DNA of 41,188 nt, taken from Polyangiaceae bacterium. GTDB lineage: Bacteria > Myxococcota_A > Polyangia > Polyangiales > Polyangiaceae. A program made the position numbers and the translations under genes. Where the stretch lies: assembly GCA_036500245.1 (NCBI GenBank), contig DASYCL010000684.1, positions 1 through 41,188 on the forward strand. Direction: 5' to 3'. Positions 10,481 through 19,194 of this stretch are shown here, piece after piece. The notes beneath the pieces were generated by a model, which was given only the letters and a program-made list of their open reading frames with translations, had not been told where the DNA came from and did no database searches. The stretch's first letter is position 1. Each line of letters starts with the position of its first letter.

Positions 10481-11725
10481 ATGAGTAGTCTGCGGACGCA
10501 GCGCTTTTGCGGCGCGCTTGGTCTCGGCTTGGGCGTGGGGTTGTTGCTAGCTACGGCGTGCAGCGCGAACAAGGGTGCGCCGGGCAGCGCGGTGCGCCCG
10601 GGTGGAACTGGTGCCGGAACGGGCGCGGGTGGCACCGGTACCGGGGTCGGTGCGGGCTCCGGCGACGGCAACACCGGCAACATCAACACCGCGAGCGGTG
10701 GCACCAGTGGCACGGACGCGGGCGCTTGTCAGAGTATGGAGCTCGACTTCACTCCAAAGACTCCGACGGTGTTCGTGTTGGTCGATCGCTCGGGCAGCAT
10801 GTTCGAAGCGCCGAATCCGCCGTGGGAGCCGCTCAAGATGGGCGCCTTGCAGGTGATCCAAGAACTTCAGAATGACGTCGCGTTTGGTTGGGGCGCGTTT
10901 ACCGGTCAAGCCGGCGTGAAGTGCCCGGATTTCGCGTCGGTCCCGCCAGCCAAGAACAACTACGACGCGATCAACATGGTCTACGGAACCATGGGTGCGA
11001 CCGGATATAAGTCGGAAACGCCAGTCGGCGAAGCGCTGCCGCTCGCGGCGCAAGCGCTCGCGCAATCACCGGAAGATGGCAACAAGTACATCTTGTTCGT
11101 GACCGACGGTCAGCCCGACTTCTGCGACGACGGCGACGAAAATTGCCCGTTGGACGACGTCGTCTATCAGCTTCAAAAGCTCAATAAAACCGGGATCAAC
11201 ACGATCATCTTCGGTTTGCAGAATGGCAACGTGCCGCCGCAGACGCTGCAGGCATTCGCCAACGCTGGCGCCGGACAACCCGTTGCGGCTCCGTTCACGG
11301 GCACCGCGATGGATGTCTACTACTCGTGCCAGAGCGAAGCGGGCTGGAAGGCGGACTACGCCGAGGCCGGCGTCACGGGCATGAGTGCGGTCGCCGCCTA
11401 TGCGGCGACCGGCGGAATGACGAAGTACTATTCACCCGATGTGACGGACCAAGATGCGTTAACGACGCAGCTTCGCACCGTGCTCGCTGGCGTGAAGAGC
11501 TGCTTGTTCGATCTGAGCAAGTTCACGATCGATCTCAACGGGTTGGACCAAGCGTCGGTCCTCGTGCAGGGGCAAACCGTGCCGCTGGATTCGACCAACG
11601 GTTGGCGCATGAATTCCGAGTCGCAACTCGAACTCGTGGGTTCGGCCTGCACCAATTGGCAACAGCCGCAAAACACCAAGATCGACTTCAATTTCCCGTG
11701 TGACATCGTCACTGTCGTGAGGTGA
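10481..11725 (+). CDS. von Willebrand factor A domain lipoprotein
   Basis: Lipobox LLATAC, Gly/Thr linker, MIDAS motif VLVDRSGSM...ETP...FVTDGQP, Cys-containing C-terminal region typical of myxobacterial vWA proteins. Confidence 0.85.
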   Translation: MSSLRTQRFCGALGLGLGVGLLLATACSANKGAPGSAVRPGGTGAGTGAGGTGTGVGAGSGDGNTGNINTASGGTSGTDAGACQSMELDFTPKTPTVFVLVDRSGSMFEAPNPPWEPLKMGALQVIQELQNDVAFGWGAFTGQAGVKCPDFASVPPAKNNYDAINMVYGTMGATGYKSETPVGEALPLAAQALAQSPEDGNKYILFVTDGQPDFCDDGDENCPLDDVVYQLQKLNKTGINTIIFGLQNGNVPPQTLQAFANAGAGQPVAAPFTGTAMDVYYSCQSEAGWKADYAEAGVTGMSAVAAYAATGGMTKYYSPDVTDQDALTTQLRTVLAGVKSCLFDLSKFTIDLNGLDQASVLVQGQTVPLDSTNGWRMNSESQLELVGSACTNWQQPQNTKIDFNFPCDIVTVVR

Positions 11726-11814
11726 AGCTCGCGGTCAGCGCGTAGGAGCGCTGAGCCGCTTGACGTCCGATTGGGTCGGTGACGGGTTTGCGGACTTAGG
11801 TCGCTTTGCAAGCG

Positions 11815-11838
11815 AATGGCACCTCGTCAGGTGCCATT
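11815..11838. terminator. Hairpin between convergent genes (AATGGCACCT-CGTC-AGGTGCCATT)
   Basis: Perfect 10-bp stem with a 4-nt loop between the stop codons at 11725 and 11875; lacks a clear U-tract. Confidence 0.5.
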
Positions 11839-11874
11839 GCCATTCATCATTGCGACTAGGCGAAGTCGGAACTC

Positions 11875-13740
11875 TCACCACCACATGGTGGCTTCGATCT
11901 TGAACACGTTCTCGTCTGGGGTGAACGTCGGAGCGCCGCGCATGTTGGTCTGCGAAATCGGCGAAGCGCCGAAACCAGTCGGCGGAACTGGCGAGGACGG
12001 CGGCTGGGCACAGAATTCCTGGCCCGGTGTGTAGACGCCGGTCGCGGGGTTCACCGGCATGCCGTTCACGGGGTTACAAGTGCGCTTGTTGTACATGTAG
12101 CGCGAGTATTGGAGCGTGATCGCTTCGCGCGTGAGCCACTTCGACTTGAACACCAGCCGTGGTGAGAGAATCGAGAAGGATTGCTCCGGAATGCGGCTGT
12201 TCGGTTGCAAGCGATCGAAGCGTACGGCAGCGGTAAGCCAGGGTAGGGCCGACCAAGCCAAATCGGCGCCGTACTTGAGCTTGTGAATGCCGTTGATCGC
12301 GTCCACGTCGCTCTTCACCTTGTTGTACATGCCGTAGAGCTTCAGATAGAGATCGGGGCCGTCCCCCCAGAATTTCTGCCCGCCGGAGCTCATCTGCGAG
12401 AAGTTCGTGAGGCTGAACTCGTATTGCGCGAGCAAGGTGTCCACGCCGCCATTGCCGAGGCTGCACTGTTCTCCCATCATGTAGAAGGCTGGGCTGCGCG
12501 CCGCAGCATCTCCAACGCAGCTCGGCCCGAGGTAGTTGTCCACCATGCCGAGACCGAATTCACCGCCGCCCGAGGCGTGGATCACTTCGATCGCGCGACT
12601 CACCGTAAGCGCATCCTTCAATCCAACATGCGAGTACGCGGCGTATAAGTACCCCATCGCACCGAGATCGAAGCGGCCGTCCACACCAGCGGTCCACATT
12701 TTGCCGTCCCCGATATCGTAAATCGAGGTAGCCGTGTTGCCGCCCGTCGGCAGAGGCGTTGTAAAACCGCCGGTCTCGAGCCCAGCGCCCGTCCGCATTT
12801 CTTCGGACGACCATGAGTCCATGTAGTGCGCCGAGAATTGAATTGCCTCCGTGTGCTTGAATCCCACGTGGAAGTGGTCGAGCATCGTGAAACGCGCGTT
12901 GTTGAACTGGCTCGGATCGGGTTTTTTCACGCCGATACCGTGCTCGAACCAGAGTGAGTTCTCTTCGTCGATGTCGTAATCGATGTGCAGCGCTTCACCG
13001 GAGTTGTGAATGCGGCCGAACATGTACGTGTCGTACTCGCCGGCGTCGTACTTACCGGCCGAACCGTATTTGTTCGAGAACGATCCAACGCGCCATGCCA
13101 GCCGGACATTTTCGTAACCGAGGTCCGGAGTGAGATCGATGTAGCCGTCTGATACGCCGAGCTGCGACGCCGCGTTAGCAAACGAGCCCTGATAAAAATC
13201 GTAGCCCTGGATTGACACGGTGCCTTTCGCCCAGGAGTTACCGAGCGAGATGTAAAGCTCGGCCCAGTCCGTTTTATTGTGCGGATTGCTGGCCCAGCTC
13301 AGGTACTGGTCATCGGGAATGACTGGCGCGTGGAGCGAAGTTCCCGTTGCGGCGTTGGGGTACATCGGGTCCGCCACGCGCTTGCCCATGCCAACGCGCA
13401 TCGGCGCGCGGATGTAGCCGTGGTATTCGAACTTCCAGCTGTCGTCGTCTTTGGCGACAGCGGGGCCGGAGACGTTGGTCACTGCGCCCCCTTCGGTCGC
13501 TTTGGCCTTTGCCGCGGGCGTCGTTTCCGGAGTCACCGGAGACGGGGCCGGGTTTGCTTTCGACGGCTCGGCGGGCGGTGCGGGCTCGGAATCGGGCGCT
13601 GGGCCTTCCGGCTTCGGGGCCGGCGTTGTGTCTTTGAGTTCGACCTTGTCGGGCGGCGGAGCAGTCGGCGCCGCATCCTGCGCGGCCGCCGGGACGGCGA
13701 AAAAGAGACCCGAAAAGAAAATGAGGGAGAGTTTACGCAT
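11875..13740 (-). CDS. Outer-membrane beta-barrel protein, candidate LamB-like carbohydrate porin
   Basis: Sec signal ending PAAA-Q, Pro/Ala-rich linker, barrel start WKFEYHGYIRA (compare LamB VDFHGYARS), aromatic-rich alternating strands, C-terminus FKIEATMWW (LamB ends in ...EIWW). Confidence 0.6.
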   Translation of the reverse strand: MRKLSLIFFSGLFFAVPAAAQDAAPTAPPPDKVELKDTTPAPKPEGPAPDSEPAPPAEPSKANPAPSPVTPETTPAAKAKATEGGAVTNVSGPAVAKDDDSWKFEYHGYIRAPMRVGMGKRVADPMYPNAATGTSLHAPVIPDDQYLSWASNPHNKTDWAELYISLGNSWAKGTVSIQGYDFYQGSFANAASQLGVSDGYIDLTPDLGYENVRLAWRVGSFSNKYGSAGKYDAGEYDTYMFGRIHNSGEALHIDYDIDEENSLWFEHGIGVKKPDPSQFNNARFTMLDHFHVGFKHTEAIQFSAHYMDSWSSEEMRTGAGLETGGFTTPLPTGGNTATSIYDIGDGKMWTAGVDGRFDLGAMGYLYAAYSHVGLKDALTVSRAIEVIHASGGGEFGLGMVDNYLGPSCVGDAAARSPAFYMMGEQCSLGNGGVDTLLAQYEFSLTNFSQMSSGGQKFWGDGPDLYLKLYGMYNKVKSDVDAINGIHKLKYGADLAWSALPWLTAAVRFDRLQPNSRIPEQSFSILSPRLVFKSKWLTREAITLQYSRYMYNKRTCNPVNGMPVNPATGVYTPGQEFCAQPPSSPVPPTGFGASPISQTNMRGAPTFTPDENVFKIEATMWW

Positions 13741-13847
13741 GGGGTTTCGTTCCTGAGTCGATCGCCGACTATCCTAACGGCCGAACCCGCTCATGGTCCT
13801 GACCGTGCTCTATTCCTATCAGAGTCGGAACGGAGTCGAAAGACAAA

Positions 13848-13865
13848 TGTGGAAACAGTTCCACA
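13848..13865. promoter_or_regulatory. Operator-like site 5 (TGTGGAAACAGTTCCACA)
   Basis: 18-bp near-palindrome ~110 bp upstream of the porin-like gene start. Confidence 0.65.
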
Positions 13866-13916
13866 CGCGTGCGGCCTGGATTCGCCTGGATACCGCCCTA
13901 CTTGCAAAAGTGAAGC

Positions 13917-13930
13917 TGGAACCGGTTGCT
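13917..13930. promoter_or_regulatory. Operator-like site 6 (TGGAACCGGTTGCT)
   Basis: 12/14 match to the consensus, 67 bp from site 5. Confidence 0.5.
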
Positions 13931-14164
13931 GGATTCGGCTGGTGATCAATTCTGCTCGCGTTTTGCGCAGAATTGCGCGGGAATTAGCTGCCCTTACTAT
14001 CGAGCAACGCGCGCGGACGCGCGAGAAATTCGCGGCATGCGTGGCTCGGGCCCGGCACAGCGACAAGCTTCGCGGCGCAGCACTTTCGCAGCAAGGGCGA
14101 CACTTCTTGCGCGAGACTCTCGCCGTGTGGAGTCGAGTGAGCTCGGATGTTTGGGTGTTTGGCT

Positions 14165-14517
14165 CCTGCCGATTCATCACATCTCCGGCTCTTCTTTTCG
14201 CGCCGGAGCGCGCGCGAAGGCTGGCAACCGAATGCCCTTCTTTCGCACCGGAGCGGCGCGCGAACGCCGGCAGCCGAATGCCCGGAAATAAAACCTGCCG
14301 ATTCATCACATCTCGATCTCTTCTTTCGCGCCGGAGCGCGCGCGAAGGCCGGCAGCCGAATGCCCGGAAATAAAACAAAGCCAGCAGGTTCGCGCGGCTG
14401 ATCACGGTTCTGGAATGATGGGCGGCCACGTTAGAACTGACCGAACAGGCGCCAGTCGCGTCGCTCGATGCGCGAGTGGCCAAGCGCCGTGCTAGCCCAG
14501 GGCCCCAAAACATCCCC
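14165..14517. repeat. Modular dispersed repeat, copy A (three REP-like units plus a ~120-bp tail)
   Basis: TTTCGCGCCGGAGCGCGCGCGAAGG..GGCA.CCGAATGCCC units at ~14196, ~14241 and ~14324. CCTGCCGATTCATCACATCTC occurs twice (14165, 14294). The tail 14396-14517 aligns with 23038-23211. Confidence 0.8.
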
Positions 14518-14659
14518 AATGCAGCGCGTGTGCGTGCTGCGCGCCCCGCGTTCGCGAAACCCAAAAACAAGCCGAGAGACCGACTCCGCGCCACGTAGTA
14601 TACGAGTCACGCGACAATCCCGGGCAGCTTCGCCCGCGTGTTTCCCGCCGAGTGGCTCG

Positions 14660-15949
14660 ATGTTCGGTTTGTCTCGCTATCAATGGTTGGTGCTGTTCGC
14701 GGCTTGGCTCGGCTGGGGCTTCGACGTGTTCGACGGGCTTTTGTTCAACTTCGTCTCGCCGATTTGCGTGCCGAATTTGCTGCATTTGTCGGCGAACGAT
14801 CCGTCGTTTCGCGCTGTCTTGTTCAAACACACGGCGACGCTCACGAGCTTGCTCTTGCTCGGCTGGGCCACGGGCGGAATCGTGTTCGGGCGGATCACGG
14901 ACAAGCTCGGTCGCACACGCACGCTCCTGATCACGATGCTGACCTACGCGCTGTCGACAGCGGCTTGCGCGTTCGCGTCGAACTTGACGATGCTCGGCGT
15001 ATTTCGTTTTTTCGCGAGCCTCGGCATTGGCGGTGAGTGGGCGGCGGGCGCCGCGCTCGTGGCCGAGTCGCTGCCGTTCCAAAAACGCGTGCTCGGCGGC
15101 GCGTTGCTTTACACGTCGGCGCCGGTGTTTTTGTTCTTGGCGACGTTCGTCAATTCGCTCTTCACGAGCAAGCTCGCGAGCATCGCGGCGAACCCCAATT
15201 TGTCCTGGCGTGTCGTGTTTTTGACTGGGCTCGTGCCGGCGATTGTAGCGGTGATCATTCGGCTGCGCGTGCACGAGCCCGAGGGATTCGAGAAAGCGCG
15301 CGAAACGCCGCGCATCGCCGAGTTGTTCACGCCGGAGTATCGCAGCCGCACCCTCGGCGGTTTCGCGCTGGCTTTGGTTGCGCTCGTGACTTGGTGGAGC
15401 TGCAGCGCGTTCATCCCGGCGATTTCTTCGTTTCTCGCGGGGGGCCGTGCGACGCTCCGCGTCGAGTACGTCACGCGCGGCACGACTTGGTTCAACCTGG
15501 GCGGGCTGATCGGCACCATGCTCACGGTCCCGCTCGCGACCAAGCTCGGTCGGCGCAAGATGTTCATGACGTACTACGCGTTCGGCGCGCTCGCCGTCGC
15601 AGGCACATTTGGGCTGCCACTCGAGCCAGAAATTCGCCTGATTTCGATGTTCACGGTCGGGCTCTCGGTGTTCGGCGTGTTCGGCGCGTTCACCTACTAC
15701 TTGCCGGAGCTGTTCCCGGCGCGGCTACGCGGCACGGGTTCCGGCTTTTGCTACAACGTCGGGCGGATCATCACTGCGTTTTTTCCGTGGGTGATGTCGC
15801 TGGTGACGAAGCCCGGCGTCGATCCGCTGAGGATCGTGGTTTGGGTGGCGCTCGCTCCGGCACTCGGCGTGATCGCGCTGCTCTGTGGGGTCGGGCTCGA
15901 GACGCGCGGCTTCGACGCGGACGCTGAGCTCGCGCGCTCCGTGAAGTGA
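14660..15949 (+). CDS. MFS transporter
   Basis: ATG 14660; WLGWGFDVFD, motif A GRITDKLGRTR, GIGGEW, ELFPARLRGTGSGFCYNVGR; about 12 hydrophobic segments. Confidence 0.9.
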   Translation: MFGLSRYQWLVLFAAWLGWGFDVFDGLLFNFVSPICVPNLLHLSANDPSFRAVLFKHTATLTSLLLLGWATGGIVFGRITDKLGRTRTLLITMLTYALSTAACAFASNLTMLGVFRFFASLGIGGEWAAGAALVAESLPFQKRVLGGALLYTSAPVFLFLATFVNSLFTSKLASIAANPNLSWRVVFLTGLVPAIVAVIIRLRVHEPEGFEKARETPRIAELFTPEYRSRTLGGFALALVALVTWWSCSAFIPAISSFLAGGRATLRVEYVTRGTTWFNLGGLIGTMLTVPLATKLGRRKMFMTYYAFGALAVAGTFGLPLEPEIRLISMFTVGLSVFGVFGAFTYYLPELFPARLRGTGSGFCYNVGRIITAFFPWVMSLVTKPGVDPLRIVVWVALAPALGVIALLCGVGLETRGFDADAELARSVK

Positions 15950-15950
15950 A

Positions 15951-16553
15951 CTACGGCCCGCCGGAAAGTACGACGTAGAGGATCGGCACCAGGGCGCCGA
16001 GCACTGCCACCACCGCGCCGCGACCCAGAAGTCCCTTGCGCCCCGGAATCATGAATAGCCCGCTACTGGCCAAAAATAGCAGGAAAACCGCATAAGAATC
16101 GGCAACGATCGTCCAAGCTTTTTTGCCGCGGTTCAAGTGCAGCCAATTCGCGACGCGCAAGAGCGGACGCGGAGCTTGGCCTTCTTCGTGCACGACGCCG
16201 CTCGTGGTGTCGACGTGAAAGGTGCGTTGATCGAACACGATGTCGAGCTCGGTCGGACTGGCGCGATAGACTTCGCGCGGTTCGCCTGCGACGTGAAGCG
16301 AGTTCAAGGCGCTCTTCGCTGCGGCATCGTCGTCTGCGGGCAGCGGCAGCGCGAGCTGATGCGTGCGGTTCACTTGGCGAAAATTCGGATCCCAATCCTT
16401 GAGGTGATTCACGGCGAGCCCCGACGTCGCGTAGACGAAAGTGAGCCCGACCGCGAAGTAGCCGATGTCCCGGTGAAAGGCGCGGAGCCAAGGTCGGAAA
16501 TTGAATTTTCGTCGGGTTTTTGCCGCAGTCGTGGGCAGAGCGCCGTCAGGCAT
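15951..16553 (-). CDS. PepSY-associated TM helix domain membrane protein
   Basis: WLRAFHRDIGYF..GL...YA.SGLAVNH and NWLHLNRG motifs, three TM segments. ATG 16553 overlaps the upstream stop by 8 nt. Confidence 0.75.
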   Translation of the reverse strand: MPDGALPTTAAKTRRKFNFRPWLRAFHRDIGYFAVGLTFVYATSGLAVNHLKDWDPNFRQVNRTHQLALPLPADDDAAAKSALNSLHVAGEPREVYRASPTELDIVFDQRTFHVDTTSGVVHEEGQAPRPLLRVANWLHLNRGKKAWTIVADSYAVFLLFLASSGLFMIPGRKGLLGRGAVVAVLGALVPILYVVLSGGP

Positions 16554-17253
16554 AGCGCTCTTCCTTCCAGGGATCGGCGTGATTGTTGTAGCCACGTGTT
16601 TCCCAATACCCCGGCTCGTCGCGTTCTGAAAAGCGAATGCCGGTGAGCCATTTGGCGCTCTTCCAAAAATAAAAATCGGGCAGCACGGCGCGAATCGGCG
16701 CTCCGTGTGCGCGCGCGAGCGGCGCGCCTTCGAGTTGATGCGCGACGAGCACGTTCGGCTTCAGCGCATCGTGGAGAGAGACGTTCGAAGTGTAGTCGTG
16801 CGCAGCCTCGAAGATCACGTGCCGCGCGGAGGCTTTCGGTTTCGCTCGCTGAGCCAAGTCAGCCACGCGCACGCCCTTGAACTTCGCGCCGAGCACTGAC
16901 CACGTCGTTACGCAGTGCACGTCGAGCGCGAGCTCGACCTGCGGCAGCGCAAGGAGCTCGGCGCACGTGAGCTCGAAGGGCGCCTCGACCGCGCCGTGCA
17001 CGCGCAGTCGGTATGCGCTGGGGCTCGGATCGCCGGGTTCACCGCCCATCGGCTTGAGCGCGTGAATCACGCGCTGGCCGGGCGGAAGCCGCGCTCGGCC
17101 ATCTTCGCGCGTTTGCGCTTTGGCTTCGCGCGTCAGGTCGTCCGAGAGGGCGTACACGCCGCCGAGCGCGAGCACGACCGTTCCAGCCCCAGCGGTCTGA
17201 ATGAACTGGCGCCGCGCAAGCGCCTTCGCAAACTCGGTCGGGTTCGTACTCAA
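16546..17253 (-). CDS. Molybdopterin-dependent oxidoreductase (sulfite oxidase/MsrP/YuiH-like)
   Basis: RLPPGQ, DVHCVTTWS (Mo-ligand Cys), HGAPIR, YFWKSAKWL, PGYWETRGY..ADPWKEERY. TTG start at 17253 has a GGGAG RBS and a Tat-like ARRQFIQ signal. Confidence 0.85.
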   Translation of the reverse strand: MSTNPTEFAKALARRQFIQTAGAGTVVLALGGVYALSDDLTREAKAQTREDGRARLPPGQRVIHALKPMGGEPGDPSPSAYRLRVHGAVEAPFELTCAELLALPQVELALDVHCVTTWSVLGAKFKGVRVADLAQRAKPKASARHVIFEAAHDYTSNVSLHDALKPNVLVAHQLEGAPLARAHGAPIRAVLPDFYFWKSAKWLTGIRFSERDEPGYWETRGYNNHADPWKEERYA

Positions 17254-17359
17254 TTGAGGCTCCCTATCAACGTATGCCGTTCGTGCCCGGCGAGTTACTC
17301 GATCGGACGCATCCCTGGCCCCAAGGGCCGAGAGGAATGCTACTAATGGAAGGTCGAGC

Positions 17360-18208
17360 ATGTGCCGCCTCTTTGGCTTTCGCAGCGTAATTCCTAGCCA
17401 AGTTCACCGATCGCTTTTGGCTGCTGAAAACGCGCTGGGTGTGCAAAGCAACGAACATCCAGATGGGTGGGGGGTTGCCTTTTACGTCGACGGCGCGCCG
17501 CACGTGACGCGCAGTCCGACAACCGCGCTCGGCGATTCGTTGTTTCATCGCTTGAGCGGCGTGGTCTCGTCGGAGACGGTGCTCGCGCACGTGCGCAAAG
17601 CGACGCAGGGCCAGCGCAACGTCTTCAATTGTCATCCGTTTCAGTACGGACGCTGGGTGTTTGCACACAATGGAGACATTCCGAATTTCGAGCAAAAGCG
17701 CGAAGCGCTCGTGGCTCAGGTTTCACCGCGCTTTCGTCGTTTTATCTTGGGCGACACCGACAGCGAGGTTTTGTTTTTTTTGTTCTTGACCGCGCTCGAA
17801 CCGTTCGGCCCGCTCGCAGACAGTCACGATCTCGACTCAATCAGCAGCGCCTTGCGCGAAGCCGTCAATCGCACGCGCGCCTTGGCAGACACGGACGGCA
17901 CGCGCGCGTTGCTCACCGCGGTCGTCACGAACGGCGAATCTTTGGCTGCCGTCCAGGGCGGCAAAGAGCTCTATTTCTCGACCTACAAGACGCGCTGTTC
18001 GGATCGCGGCACGTGTGCGAGCTTGTCTGCGGCGTGCGAGGCGCCGACGGTGAACGGCCGCGTGAACCACTTCATCGTCTCGAGCGAACCCTTACAGGGC
18101 GAAAATGTGTGGGAACCGCTCGCGGCCGGCGACGTGATTGGCGTGGACGCGCGCATGCACGTCCGGCGTTCGCGGCTAGATCACGTCGCGTTACCCGTTG
18201 TCGCTTGA
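17360..18208 (+). CDS. Class II glutamine amidotransferase (YafJ/EgtC-like Ntn hydrolase)
   Basis: N-terminal MCRLFG, HPDGWGVAFY, LAHVRKAT, NCHPF, FAHNG, GDTDSE. Confidence 0.88.
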   Translation: MCRLFGFRSVIPSQVHRSLLAAENALGVQSNEHPDGWGVAFYVDGAPHVTRSPTTALGDSLFHRLSGVVSSETVLAHVRKATQGQRNVFNCHPFQYGRWVFAHNGDIPNFEQKREALVAQVSPRFRRFILGDTDSEVLFFLFLTALEPFGPLADSHDLDSISSALREAVNRTRALADTDGTRALLTAVVTNGESLAAVQGGKELYFSTYKTRCSDRGTCASLSAACEAPTVNGRVNHFIVSSEPLQGENVWEPLAAGDVIGVDARMHVRRSRLDHVALPVVA

Positions 18209-19186
18209 GTCCTGCGGCTCGGGTTTGCGCGCCGCGCCGTCGAAGATCAACGTGTAAGCGTAGCCTGCGCTGTCGTCCGAGCTCTCGGTGCTCAAGCGCA
18301 CATTGCTGACGTGCGTGCTGATGCGGCGTTCGATGCGCGCCGGGATTGCTTCGCGCTGGCAGTGAGCGCTGCCCGCGAGCACCACGAGTTGCCGCTGCGG
18401 AGCGTGAGCCGCGACCCAGTCTGCCGCATTTTGGGCCATCGTCTCGTCCCACACCACTTGGGCCGCGTAGAAGTTGTCGAGATCCATCTCGGGACTCTTC
18501 GGGTGATGCGCCATCAAGCGATCGAATGCCGCGCGATGCTCTGCATTGTCCATGTCGAGGTCAGGCAGTTGCTTGCGCTGGCGCGCGGTGAGCCCCGAAA
18601 GGCCGTTTTCGGCGATGGCGTGGGTCAGCTCCCGCGGCGCATTCAAGGCGCGGAGCGATAATCCGAAGGCGCGCGCGTACCCCAGTACCGGCCGATAGTA
18701 GGCGTAGGGGAAGCCCCAGCGATCTTCGTATTGGGTCCTCTTGCGCAAGCCGGCGTCGTTCAGGCGACCGCGTGCATACGAGCGCAGTGCGTCCTCGTAC
18801 GGCGCTTGAAACATCTCGAACCCGACGCCGAGCGCGCGCCCCGACACCCGAGCCCGGCGCGCCAGTGCTTCCACGATCGCGAGCTCCGCGAAGTGATCGC
18901 GCGCCGAGTCATGGGCTTCGCCTAAACACAAGACGTCATAGCGCGCGAGCTCATCGAAGAGTTGTTGTTGGTCGAGCGTCTGCCCGTCCGAGTTGCGGCG
19001 TGCACGAAAATCCTGCGCCGCGCGCTCGACGACGTCATCCGGCACGATTTCCCTGGGTGCTTTGGGTGGCTCGGGCGCGCCGGGCGCTTCCGCATCCATA
19101 GTGACGCCAATCGGCGCCACGCTAGAGGTCGTGGCGCACGCCGAGGCGAGCAAGGCGAACAACGGCAAAGTCCAAGTACGACGCAT
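18191..19186 (-). CDS. ChaN-family (haem/iron uptake-related) lipoprotein
   Basis: ATG 19186 gives signal MRRTWTLPLFALLASAC; motifs VLCLGEAHD, GFEMF, ALNAP, AQVVWDETMA, VVLAGSAH. Confidence 0.8.
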   Translation of the reverse strand: MRRTWTLPLFALLASACATTSSVAPIGVTMDAEAPGAPEPPKAPREIVPDDVVERAAQDFRARRNSDGQTLDQQQLFDELARYDVLCLGEAHDSARDHFAELAIVEALARRARVSGRALGVGFEMFQAPYEDALRSYARGRLNDAGLRKRTQYEDRWGFPYAYYRPVLGYARAFGLSLRALNAPRELTHAIAENGLSGLTARQRKQLPDLDMDNAEHRAAFDRLMAHHPKSPEMDLDNFYAAQVVWDETMAQNAADWVAAHAPQRQLVVLAGSAHCQREAIPARIERRISTHVSNVRLSTESSDDSAGYAYTLIFDGAARKPEPQDSSDNG

Positions 19187-19194
19187 GGCTCGAC

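Noticed and set aside
14165-14376. CRISPR array
   Set aside because: Units are degenerate, abut one another without unique spacers of constant length, and no cas genes are present.
14401-14418. CGGTTCTGGAAT as another operator copy
   Set aside because: Poor match to the palindrome and part of the dispersed repeat tail.
13279-14594. Long ORFs 13279..14373 (+) and 13791..14594 (-)
   Set aside because: Arg/Ala-rich translations of antisense porin sequence and the repeat element; typical high-GC spurious ORFs.
17360-18208. egtC / ergothioneine biosynthesis cluster
   Set aside because: Family-level match only; no egtA, egtB or egtD neighbours.
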